A DNA stretch of 32,000 nt from assembly GCF_001481685.1 (NCBI RefSeq), contig NZ_CP006867.1, positions 300,001 through 332,000 of the forward strand. Direction: 5' to 3'. This DNA comes from Ignicoccus islandicus DSM 13165. Lineage in GTDB: Archaea; Thermoproteota; Thermoprotei_A; Sulfolobales; Ignicoccaceae. The translations under genes were made by a program, and so were the position numbers. Shown here in pieces: positions 6,869-15,439 of this stretch. The number at the start of each line of letters is the position of its first letter. Position 1 is the first letter of the stretch. Under the pieces are notes generated by a model, which made no database searches, was not told the origin of the DNA, and worked only from the letters and a program-made list of their open reading frames with translations.

Positions 6869-8020
6869 TTAAACGAACAATAGCCTCCTCTTTCCCGATC
6901 TAAGTATCACTTGCCTCCTATAGGCCATTTGCAACAACCATCCGGCCTCCCTCTTTAGAGGGCTAACTTCAACTTCAAGCAACGGTTCCCTCCTTACCTT
7001 CCACCCTAGCAACTTAACGCCAATCATCTCTAGACCCTCTCTTAGGTCTCTCTCGTCTATCGCCGGTAGCAAATCACATAATTCCCTATCGTACTTACAA
7101 CTGTCCCAACACACTTCCCCGTGATGTCTAGCGTTGGCGTCGCACGCAGTGAAGTATACCTTCATATCCCTTTTCGATGCTTCCCTTATCAAGGCGATCT
7201 TCAAGTCTCGCGTGTTAACGTAAACTTGCCTCCTCCCTCTAGGCCTCTCCCTAAGCCTACCTTCCAACTCGACTCCTCTCTTCAATAGCTCCTCGTATAT
7301 CCTCTCCGTTACCCTCAAACCTCCTACTACCACCTCGTTAACCCCGTAGCTCAAGGACGTCTCCAGTAGCTTCCCCATCTCCTTCTCTATTACACCAGGT
7401 AAGAGGGGACGGACGAACAAGGCCACCCTCTTACCTCTCTTTAAGAGCTTTTCCGCAAACTGCAACCTCTGCTCGGGCGATGGAACCTTGGGCTCGAAGT
7501 CCCTCCACCTTTCAATAGTCGTTATCGAAACTAAGACGCTTAGCCTATCTTCGGAGGCCGAAGTTAAGAGGTCGACCTTGCTTTCGGGAACTATCATTTT
7601 ATAGGAAATCTGGGTGTAATTTCCCAAGTACTTGAGCCACTTCAAATATTCGATAGTTTTACTCAATAATAGCGGATGGAATGGTTCCGTTATCGATCCA
7701 ACAGCTAAGTAGGACCCAGTAGGTCCGATACCTACGTTGGGGTTGGAAGCTATTGCTATAGCCAGTTCCCTTCCGCTTAGGGGATAAGGCTCGACCTTAT
7801 CGGTAGGGAACCCCATGTCCTTAATGTAACAATACACGCACCCCAAATCGCAACCTATCCCGGGGTGAACGGTCAGTCCGCAGTCCCTAGGCTCCCTCTT
7901 AGCGTGGTAGTCTTCCTTAGCCCTCTCGCTCGGGCCTAACTCACGTAAGACTTCCCTCTTCCTTTCAATTGCTTTAATCAAGCGCATTTCATTACGTCCT
8001 CCAAACCCATTTCCTTCCAT
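6869..8020 (-). CDS. Radical SAM protein of the COG1533 / SplB-like ('DNA repair photolyase') type
   Basis: CxxxCxxC cluster in HPGIGCDLGCVYCYIKD. The likely true start is the ATG at 7987 (MRLIKAIERK), which overlaps the end of the upstream ORF by ~10 nt. Confidence 0.75.
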   Translation of the reverse strand: MEGNGFGGRNEMRLIKAIERKREVLRELGPSERAKEDYHAKREPRDCGLTVHPGIGCDLGCVYCYIKDMGFPTDKVEPYPLSGRELAIAIASNPNVGIGPTGSYLAVGSITEPFHPLLLSKTIEYLKWLKYLGNYTQISYKMIVPESKVDLLTSASEDRLSVLVSITTIERWRDFEPKVPSPEQRLQFAEKLLKRGKRVALFVRPLLPGVIEKEMGKLLETSLSYGVNEVVVGGLRVTERIYEELLKRGVELEGRLRERPRGRRQVYVNTRDLKIALIREASKRDMKVYFTACDANARHHGEVCWDSCKYDRELCDLLPAIDERDLREGLEMIGVKLLGWKVRREPLLEVEVSPLKREAGWLLQMAYRRQVILRSGKRRLLFV

Positions 8021-8781
8021 TGCGCCGTTCTTCCATATAGCTCAATGCCCTCGATTCGTTCCACTCGAACGTCTTCCAAGGCATAGTAGTCTATTAGGTA
8101 AGAAGTTGCTCTCGAAACTTCCTTCAAGTAACCCTTCTTTACTAATCTTTCCAAGGCGTTCCTTCCGTCCACTGCACCAGGGGCAACGGAAATCACCGTT
8201 CCGTTTAGACAGATGAAAGACAATATTGGATTACCTTTTCCGAAATGGAAGTATATCCCGTTGTTACATCTACCTTGAGCTATCGAAACGGTAGCTTTCA
8301 ATCTCCTCGGTTCCTTCAAGTTAAGCAACTTAGATAGAACGGGATAGGGTGCTGTCCACACCAGCTCCTCGAACTCCAATTGCCTTAATCCGCTCAAGTA
8401 TACCTTACCCTCTTCTAAGTCTATTCTCTTTAACTTCGAATTAAGTAACCTCAAGTTCTTGGGTTCTACTTTCAATCGAGTAACTAGGTACCACTTGTCC
8501 CTTTCCAACCATCTGAGAGGCCACGGTTTTTGGCAATTGAAATTTCCGCAAGCCTTCTCCTCAGCATCGCCTTCCTTAACTACTCCTTCAACTTGCAGTT
8601 CAACGCATTCGCTCTCTGGAGGACATCTCTCGACGAGAATCGGGACGAGGGGGAGCTCTTTATCGCCTATTTCGACCTTCCTTAAGGGAAGGGGAGGCAA
8701 GCCCACGGGATCAATTACTATCGAATTGGGAAAACAATAGGAAGCGAGCGTGTGACCGATTACCACTCTAACTTTCTCCAA
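7978..8781 (-). CDS. Hypothetical 267-aa protein with a 4-Cys cluster
   Basis: CPPESEC ... CGNFNC suggests a zinc site. TTG start with a weak ribosome-binding context. It may be the C-terminal part of a longer protein joined to the 53-aa ORF upstream (see findings). Confidence 0.55.
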   Translation of the reverse strand: MEKVRVVIGHTLASYCFPNSIVIDPVGLPPLPLRKVEIGDKELPLVPILVERCPPESECVELQVEGVVKEGDAEEKACGNFNCQKPWPLRWLERDKWYLVTRLKVEPKNLRLLNSKLKRIDLEEGKVYLSGLRQLEFEELVWTAPYPVLSKLLNLKEPRRLKATVSIAQGRCNNGIYFHFGKGNPILSFICLNGTVISVAPGAVDGRNALERLVKKGYLKEVSRATSYLIDYYALEDVRVERIEGIELYGRTAQWKEMGLEDVMKCA

Positions 8782-8935
8782 CGGCTACCCCGTCTTCCCT
8801 AAGAAAAACTCTACTTATTCCAAGCTCTCTCATCAAGTTAGCTATTACTCCTAACTTAGCAGCTAATTCCTCAACGTCCTTGCCTTCCGCTTCCTCTACT
8901 TCAACGGGTAACCCGTCGTAAGCGACGACCCTCAT
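8774..8935 (-). CDS. Small 53-aa ORF, too short for the ORF track; first gene of the cluster or the N-terminus of the 267-aa protein
   Basis: ATG at 8935 is preceded by GAGGA (tatcGAGGAaccATG). It reads MRVVAYDGLPVEVEEAEGKDVEELAAKLGVIANLMRELGISRVFLREDGVAVGES and overlaps the TTG at 8781 by 8 nt. Confidence 0.4.
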
Positions 8936-9032
8936 GGTTCCTCGATACTTTACTAGTGCACTTACGGAAGTTCAATTGAAGTTCGAAGTAATTAGCGAGT
9001 GATACCTCTTTCTCTCTTTATATAGCGAACGC

Positions 9033-9040
9033 TTTTAAAT
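9033..9040 (+). promoter_or_regulatory. Candidate TATA box for the cimA-like gene
   Basis: TTTTAAAT lies ~38 nt upstream of the GTG start at 9078. A second AT box, TTTATATA at 9017-9024, could serve the divergent minus-strand cluster. Confidence 0.3.
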
Positions 9041-9077
9041 CTTGTTGAGCACGAGGGCAAGGGAAGCGAGATGAAGG

Positions 9078-10724
9078 GTGTTTACGAAATTCATAGATAA
9101 CAAAGCCCCTCCGGAAGTAGAGGTTCTAGATACTACCTTAAGAGATGGAGCTCAAGCGAAAGACGTAAGCTTCGATATACAAGCCAAGGTTAGAATCGCG
9201 TTAGCGCTAGATCAAATAGGCGTCCATTTCATAGAGGCCGGGTGGCCCGGCAGTAACCCCAAGGACGAACTCTTCTTTAAAGAGATAAAGAGATATACTC
9301 TCGAGAACGCGGAAATAGTCGCCTTCACCTCAACTAGAAGGAAGGGGCTGAGCGCGTCCCAAGATCCAATATTAGAGAAAGTATTAGATGCTGATACGAA
9401 ATGGGTAACGGTGTTCGGCAAGAGCTGGGACCTACACGTAACGGAAGTACTGAATACTACCCTTGAAGAGAACTTGAACATGGTATACGATACAATAAAG
9501 TATTTAAAAGAGAACGGTAGGAGCGTTATATTCGATGCTGAGCATTTCTTCGACGGTTTCAAGAGGAACTCCGAATACGCAATGGAGGTATTGAGGACGG
9601 CAATTGAAGCGGGGGCAGATAGAATAGTTCTAGCCGATACTAACGGAGGCATGTTGCCCCACGAGGTCTATAACGTCGTTAGGTACGTAGTTGAGGAGCT
9701 ACCCGGCGTCCCTATAGGCGTTCACATGCATAACGATAGCGGATGCGCTGTAGCTAACACAGTAATGGGCGTGGTAGCGGGAGCCAGTCACGTCCACGTC
9801 ACGGTCAATGGGATAGGGGAAAGAACGGGTAACGCGGACCTCTGCGCCGTAGTTCCCAATTTGGAACTGAAGTTGGGCGTCAGAGCGCTTAAGAATAGAG
9901 ATGGCTTGAAGATGTTAAAGCAATTATCTAAATTAGTGTACGACTTGGCTGGCTTGAAGCCAAATCCGTATCAGCCTTACGTAGGTGATAACGCGTTCGC
10001 TCACAAGGCCGGAGTTCACGTCGATGCGATACTTAAGAACCCAGTTGCATACGAACACGTACCTCCGGAGAGCGTAGGCAACAGGAGGTCGTTAGCTATC
10101 TCGGAACTCAGTGGAGCGGCTAACCTAATAGGTTGGGCTAAGAGGGAATTGGGTCTACACCTAGATAAGAGGGATCCAGCAGTAAGAAGGGCACTGAAGA
10201 GAATAAAGGAGCTTGAGAACGAGGGCTATAGCTTCGACAACGCTGTCGCCTCGGCTCTGTTAATACTGTTAGAAGAACTCGGTTTGAGAGGTAAGGCCTT
10301 CAGGATGTTAGATTGGAGGGTCATAAGCGAAGGGAACGAGGGCGGATCCAAGAGCTGGGGAATGGTGAAAGTAGGAAACGGCGAAACGTACTTAGAGGCC
10401 GAAGAGGGCATAGGTCCAGTTGAGGCCGTCGAAAAGGCGTTGAGGAAGGCATTGAAGAACGTGGTACCGGAGGTAGAGAACGTTTCCTTAGTAGATTACA
10501 GGGTTCACTTGCCGGGAGTCTCGAAGCACACGGAGAGCGACGTTAGGGTCGAGATAACCTTTACCGATGGTAAGAGGCTTTGGACTACTACATCAGTATC
10601 TAGGAACATAATAGAAGCCAGCTTAAAGGCCCTTATGGAAGGCATAGAATATTACGTCATAAGGAACAAGCTAGAAAAGATAAGGGGAGTGCTCCAAGCC
10701 AATGAAGAGGCCCCTACTCTCTGA
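9078..10724 (+). CDS. cimA: (R)-citramalate synthase / 2-isopropylmalate synthase family protein (CimA-like long form with a LeuA-type C-terminal domain)
   Basis: LDTTLRDGAQ, IEAGWPGSNPKD, HMHNDSGCAVANT and GIGERTGNADL motifs. 548 aa. Confidence 0.75.
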   Translation: MFTKFIDNKAPPEVEVLDTTLRDGAQAKDVSFDIQAKVRIALALDQIGVHFIEAGWPGSNPKDELFFKEIKRYTLENAEIVAFTSTRRKGLSASQDPILEKVLDADTKWVTVFGKSWDLHVTEVLNTTLEENLNMVYDTIKYLKENGRSVIFDAEHFFDGFKRNSEYAMEVLRTAIEAGADRIVLADTNGGMLPHEVYNVVRYVVEELPGVPIGVHMHNDSGCAVANTVMGVVAGASHVHVTVNGIGERTGNADLCAVVPNLELKLGVRALKNRDGLKMLKQLSKLVYDLAGLKPNPYQPYVGDNAFAHKAGVHVDAILKNPVAYEHVPPESVGNRRSLAISELSGAANLIGWAKRELGLHLDKRDPAVRRALKRIKELENEGYSFDNAVASALLILLEELGLRGKAFRMLDWRVISEGNEGGSKSWGMVKVGNGETYLEAEEGIGPVEAVEKALRKALKNVVPEVENVSLVDYRVHLPGVSKHTESDVRVEITFTDGKRLWTTTSVSRNIIEASLKALMEGIEYYVIRNKLEKIRGVLQANEEAPTL

Positions 10725-10796
10725 CTAGGTGAGGACTGCGGTCCTTCACGGAGGCAGAAAAACCGCCTTAGCTTTCCTTTTCCTCGGTAATTAATC

Positions 10797-11312
10797 ATGA
10801 ACGAATGGACTTGGAAATTCGCTTTTTGGATAACTACCTTCCTAGTACCTCCCTTACTAGGCATCTACTTGGATTCCCTATGTAAAATTGGAAAGTTACA
10901 ATTAATGGTTCCGATAGGAATCATTTTGTTGATAGTAATACTGTTGGTTAGCTCAGCGGCCGGGAGAGCGTTGAGGCTATGTGGTCATTCCAGAAAGGCG
11001 AGGAGACTAACGCCTCCAGATAAGCTCGTTACGAGCTCCGTGTTTTCTTGTATGAGACATCCCAACCAATTTTCAATGTCCTTCATGCCCTTGGCTATTT
11101 CCATGATATTGGGATCTCCCTGCGGCGTGCTTCTCTCGGGATGGGGGATCGCGTTGGGTCTAGCGTTCATACTTTACGTGGAAGAGAAATTAGTTCACGA
11201 GAGCTTCTGCCCAGAGTATTGCGAATACGCGAAAGAGGTAAGGGCAGTGTCGCTTTCGCCTAAGTGCATCGTAGAGGCGATTAGAACGCTCTTAGGGGCC
11301 TCGAAGTGCTGA
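10797..11312 (+). CDS. Isoprenylcysteine carboxyl / phospholipid methyltransferase-family membrane protein
   Basis: Multi-pass hydrophobic protein with LVTSSVFSCMRHPNQFS, which fits the G.Y...RHP.Y pattern of ICMT/PEMT enzymes. Confidence 0.55.
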   Translation: MNEWTWKFAFWITTFLVPPLLGIYLDSLCKIGKLQLMVPIGIILLIVILLVSSAAGRALRLCGHSRKARRLTPPDKLVTSSVFSCMRHPNQFSMSFMPLAISMILGSPCGVLLSGWGIALGLAFILYVEEKLVHESFCPEYCEYAKEVRAVSLSPKCIVEAIRTLLGASKC

Positions 11313-11922
11313 GGAAGTTCGATATTATCCTCTTACCAACTGCCAAGTTTCCAACGCTCTCGGGGTGAAACTGGACTCCGTAGACCGAGTTCTCAACGTC
11401 TTGGATGGCCATTATCTCTCCGTCGGAGAGCGATAGGGCCGATACTTCCAAGCCTTCTCCGAGCTCGTCTATAACTAGACTGTGATACCTAGTTCCCTTG
11501 AACTTTTGAGGGATTCCCAAGAATATGGGGCTTTCCTTAGTTATCATTACCTCGTCGACTATTCCATGATATATTCTTTTAGCTCTTCTAAGGGTTCCTC
11601 CCCTCGCAACGTTAATTATCTGAAGACCTAAGCACACTCCTAGTATAGGTATCTTCCCAGCGAACTCCTTAACCAAGGTTATGCTTTTCGAGAACCTTTC
11701 TTTCTGTAAGTAAGGGTTTCCAGGGCCGGGTGAGAGAATTAGGTAGCTAGGCCTTATCCTTTCAATGCCCCTTAAACTAACCTCTTCGGGTCTCAGAGTA
11801 ACGACGCTGAACCCGAGCTCCTCCACTATTTGTTCAATATTGTGAACGAAACTATCTCTATGATCAATAAGCAGTACGGGCCTCACTTCCAACTCCGCTC
11901 CGATATAAAGGTCACCGAGCAA
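11281..11922 (-). CDS. trpG: Class I glutamine amidotransferase, anthranilate / aminodeoxychorismate synthase component II type
   Basis: LLIDHRDSFVHN, ILSPGPGNP, PILGVCLGLQ, RYHSL and GVQFHPES. The GTG at 11886 (MRPVLLIDH) is a more typical start than the listed TTG. Confidence 0.7.
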   Translation of the reverse strand: MLGDLYIGAELEVRPVLLIDHRDSFVHNIEQIVEELGFSVVTLRPEEVSLRGIERIRPSYLILSPGPGNPYLQKERFSKSITLVKEFAGKIPILGVCLGLQIINVARGGTLRRAKRIYHGIVDEVMITKESPIFLGIPQKFKGTRYHSLVIDELGEGLEVSALSLSDGEIMAIQDVENSVYGVQFHPESVGNLAVGKRIISNFLSTSRPLRAF

Positions 11923-12987
11923 TTACCTTTCCGGGTCGTGAAGAGAAGTATGGGCTCCGATCGATGAGGAGTCGGTTCTCGTCAGAGCCCTCTTAAAGCT
12001 CCAATGGAAAGTTACGGCAGCTATTGAAATTGCAATAGATATTCCAATGGCTGCAGTCCCGATGTCGTTCACTTCAGTAAACGGGAGGGCTACCACTGAA
12101 GAAATAGCCATTAACGTATAGGTGAAGCCCAGGGCACTGGCTGGCGCTTCTCTAGCTATAGATGAAACTAACGATATTACGGACACTTCGTAAAAGGGGT
12201 AAACCGGCACGGACCACGCGAGTAGGCAAACGGGAGGAGGTGTCAAGAGAATTACTAAGGAAAGAATTGAGTAGGCTACCATTACTCCAATTAGAACTAC
12301 GTGGGGCCTCACCTTTTCAATTACCCTTCCAGCCACGTAACCGCCTATGGAAGAGGTAACGCTAGGCCCAATTGCATAGAAAAGAGCGAACTCCAATCCG
12401 CTAGTGAGTTGGGCAAACCTATAAGCGGTTAAAGTATAGAGTAAGTACTCAGAGCCCATGAAAAGGGCGAGGGAAGGAACCAGTGGAAGGAGCTTAGGGA
12501 CGGCTGCCAACAAGCCGCTCTGGGAAGGCTCAGCCGATACGCTAACTATTGAGAGAATGGTTCCCAGTAAGAACGAGAAGTTGATCAGGAGCATTGGGAA
12601 GTTGAGAGCAATTACTATTACGCCCAAGCCCCATCCCAAGGACAAGGCGCTAACTGCCTTACCCAACTCCCTAGAGTCCTTACTAGATTCTATCATGACT
12701 GCTAGGAAAGACGCATAGAAGGACGAGAGAGTTACGAACACTGTTACGGGGGTTACGGGCAGTAGGGACGTAAGGAAGGAGAGCAATCCTATAGGGGCTA
12801 TGAACCTGAGCCCCTTCCTGTCTCCGATCCACCCAGCTATTACCCCGGGCGCTGAGGCTAACATCTCAGCCAAGGCTATTTGAGAGGCTATTGAAGGAGA
12901 GGCGGCGCTTACGCGCGCAAAGGTAGTGTAGCCTCCGTAACCCAAGGCCAGTAAGGCAACGGCCAATATTAGCGCGTTCTTCCTCAA
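11923..12987 (-). CDS. MFS-type transporter
   Basis: 354 aa and strongly hydrophobic. GWIGDRKGLRF resembles MFS motif A (G..DR.GRR). Confidence 0.55.
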   Translation of the reverse strand: MRKNALILAVALLALGYGGYTTFARVSAASPSIASQIALAEMLASAPGVIAGWIGDRKGLRFIAPIGLLSFLTSLLPVTPVTVFVTLSSFYASFLAVMIESSKDSRELGKAVSALSLGWGLGVIVIALNFPMLLINFSFLLGTILSIVSVSAEPSQSGLLAAVPKLLPLVPSLALFMGSEYLLYTLTAYRFAQLTSGLEFALFYAIGPSVTSSIGGYVAGRVIEKVRPHVVLIGVMVAYSILSLVILLTPPPVCLLAWSVPVYPFYEVSVISLVSSIAREAPASALGFTYTLMAISSVVALPFTEVNDIGTAAIGISIAISIAAVTFHWSFKRALTRTDSSSIGAHTSLHDPER

Positions 12988-13318
12988 TCCCTTCCTTCAC
13001 CTTCCGGTTCAATAGAGCGGGCAGTTCAAGTAGAATTGCAACATATGTCGAACTAATGTGACATATATGTTTAATGTGATATATGGTACGTATAGATACC
13101 TTGCTTATAAACCCTTCGTTACTAGCTACTAACGGCGAATAGAGATGAAGGCGATACAAATAAGGAAACCCATGATATTGCCCCTACCACCGGAGGACGT
13201 AAGCGAAGAGATGTTTTTGATGGAAGAGGAGACCGTCCTCGAGACCAACTAATGAGTTTTTGTAACCTAATAGATCGTTTAAAAAGTTGCTCAAAGTATA
13301 TCTCTCCGGATCCTAGTA

Positions 13319-15058
13319 ATGGAATCGGTTGACCTCAAGGAGGAGCTACGAGTTCTCAGCCTAAACGCTAGAATGCTCGCTACTTCTTTTGTAATAGGAA
13401 TTATCGCTGGACTAATCACGTCAGTTTTTACGGATGCCTTCGTTATAGCGGATCGATTGAGGTATACAATAATTACCGATTGGCCAACTCTATTCGTCGC
13501 ATTAAGCCTAGCTCTAATATTTGCAACAGCATACTCGCTAAAGAGGTTATTGAATACAGTCCACGGATCTTCAACTTCTTACGTAGTAAAAGCTTACCAT
13601 TGGAGGTTCGGTTACATAGGTTTGAAGGAGCTTGGGATATACACGCTAGGAGCGATAGCTTCAGTGTTGGGGGGAGCGGTAGTCGGCCCCGAGGGTCCCG
13701 GTATCGCGATAGGTACTTTCACCGGTTACTGGATAGCGAGAAGGTTGGGTTTTAGGGGAGATAACTTAAGGAAGTTAGTATTAGTTGGAGCCGCCGCCGG
13801 TATCGCTTCTGTGTTTAGAGCGCCCCTAACGGCAATGGCGTTCGCAATAGAAGTTCCTTACAAGAGGTCGCTTGAAACGGGCGTGTTCCTCCCAGCCCTA
13901 GTTGCTACCATGACCTCGTACGTCATAACAGTTTTCATAGCCGGTCCTCAGAGGCTTCTACTAGATGTGAAGCCGTTCAAGCCGCCGACTCCTTCGCCCC
14001 TCTTGATCATCGACTCCGTTTTGATAGGCTTTGGAGCAGCTGCAATGACCTACGCGATGTACTTAGTTAAGCACTTCCTAGGCTCGCTCTCAGACTTAAA
14101 GCCCAGATATTGGTTCGTCTTCCCACTAGCTCTCTCCACGTTGATAATAGCAGCCACCTTTACTGTATCTGTACACGTACCAGGATCGGGGGACGTGCTC
14201 ACCGAAAGAGTCTTCAACGAACCAGAGGAGTTCGAAGTTGGGGACACTGTTTCCATTATGTTAGCCAGAGGTCTCTTGCTTCCCCTCTCGCTCACGTGGG
14301 GGGCTACGGGCGGACTATTCATGCCTCTAATTTCCATAGGCACCTTACTCGGCTTAACCTTCGCTAAGCTGTTCTCTGTAGATCCTCATTTACTCTACCC
14401 CTTGTTAATAGCGGGTATTTCGGCGGTCTTCAGTGGAGCTCAAAAGACGCTCTTTACCAGCGTGTTGTTGGGAGTAGAGTTCCTAGGCTTCGGAGGGTTC
14501 TTCACGTCAACTATAGCTGCTGCAGTTTCATACATCCTTACCTTGGACATAAGCCTCATCTCCGGACAGCTACCCGAGGTTCAAGATAGAAAGAAGAGAG
14601 CTATGGTGGAGCTACTAGATAAGCTCCTGAGCAATCCGAACGTCGCTAACGAAATGAACAAGAAAGTAATAGAGATAGCTAATACTAAGGTTACTGCACT
14701 GAAAGCGTATGCAAGAGTAAGGGACGTGCTACCTAGAATATATGAAGAGATGCACGAGATGTACCCAGTAGTGGATAACAGTTGGAAACTAGTTGGAAAG
14801 ATATCTCTGGATACCTTAGCCTCCGTGTCCCCGGATTCGAGAATAGGAGACGTTATGGAAGAGCCGAACTACGTGAACGAAAAAGAGAGGTTAATTGAGG
14901 CATTGAACGTAATGTTAGAAGAAAACGTTGACAAATTATACGTAGTTGACGACCAGAAGAAGTTACTGGGCGTGTTAAGTAAATCGGACTTCTTGAGGTT
15001 CGCCTTAAAGGTAATACTTGAAAAGATATTGAGAATTAAGTCCTCTTCTGAGCCCTGA
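13319..15058 (+). CDS. ClC family chloride channel / H+-Cl- antiporter with a C-terminal CBS pair
   Basis: GPEGPGIAIG and GGLFMPLISIG selectivity-filter-like motifs. C-terminal CBS-like repeats (YPVVDNSWKLVGKISLDTL, LYVVDDQKKLLGVLSKSDFL). Confidence 0.8.
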   Translation: MESVDLKEELRVLSLNARMLATSFVIGIIAGLITSVFTDAFVIADRLRYTIITDWPTLFVALSLALIFATAYSLKRLLNTVHGSSTSYVVKAYHWRFGYIGLKELGIYTLGAIASVLGGAVVGPEGPGIAIGTFTGYWIARRLGFRGDNLRKLVLVGAAAGIASVFRAPLTAMAFAIEVPYKRSLETGVFLPALVATMTSYVITVFIAGPQRLLLDVKPFKPPTPSPLLIIDSVLIGFGAAAMTYAMYLVKHFLGSLSDLKPRYWFVFPLALSTLIIAATFTVSVHVPGSGDVLTERVFNEPEEFEVGDTVSIMLARGLLLPLSLTWGATGGLFMPLISIGTLLGLTFAKLFSVDPHLLYPLLIAGISAVFSGAQKTLFTSVLLGVEFLGFGGFFTSTIAAAVSYILTLDISLISGQLPEVQDRKKRAMVELLDKLLSNPNVANEMNKKVIEIANTKVTALKAYARVRDVLPRIYEEMHEMYPVVDNSWKLVGKISLDTLASVSPDSRIGDVMEEPNYVNEKERLIEALNVMLEENVDKLYVVDDQKKLLGVLSKSDFLRFALKVILEKILRIKSSSEP

Positions 15059-15401
15059 CGGCCGCTATAGTATTATCAGAGATACCGTGTTCCTTCATGA
15101 GTTCCTCGTTCACGTGGACTTCGTTTACAGGGACCTTCTCGTCCTTAACGGCTTCAAAAGAGAACCTCTTTCCTGAGACTGCTACTTCCAGCTTGTCGCT
15201 AATTCCTAGTTCTTGCGCTAGTTGGGGGTTGATTTTAGCCTTGGTGGGGGGAACGTCGCTCCAGCGTACCCTTACCCTCTTCTCTCTGACCTTGGCTTCC
15301 CTTTGCTTTAAGGCGCTGGCGGGAGGCACTAACGCCATTAACGCCTTTACGTCGAGCTTCTTCTCCTCACCAGTTTTCTCTTCTTCGACCATCTTCATCA
15401 C
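15036..15401 (-). CDS. Hypothetical 121-aa protein
   Basis: ORF with coding-like composition; its 3' end converges on the ClC gene with a 23-nt overlap. The C-terminal half (KINPQLAQELGISDKLEVAV ... MKEHGISDNTIAAVR) looks like a small swapped-hairpin / VAT-N-like barrel, but this is weak. Confidence 0.45.
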   Translation of the reverse strand: MMKMVEEEKTGEEKKLDVKALMALVPPASALKQREAKVREKRVRVRWSDVPPTKAKINPQLAQELGISDKLEVAVSGKRFSFEAVKDEKVPVNEVHVNEELMKEHGISDNTIAAVRAQKRT

Positions 15402-15439
15402 CGCGAGCTTATCTTCGAGCGGACGTGGAAAAGCTTTAC

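Noticed and set aside
9071-9100. 9-codon mini-ORF (MKGVYEIHR) overlapping the cimA GTG start, as a leader peptide
   Set aside because: It has no Ile/Leu/Val run as in attenuation leaders, and attenuation of this type is not established in Crenarchaeota. It is most likely incidental.
12866-13159. 97-aa minus-strand ORF
   Set aside because: It starts in the divergent promoter region and overlaps the MFS gene N-terminus in another frame. The MFS frame has the conserved motif.
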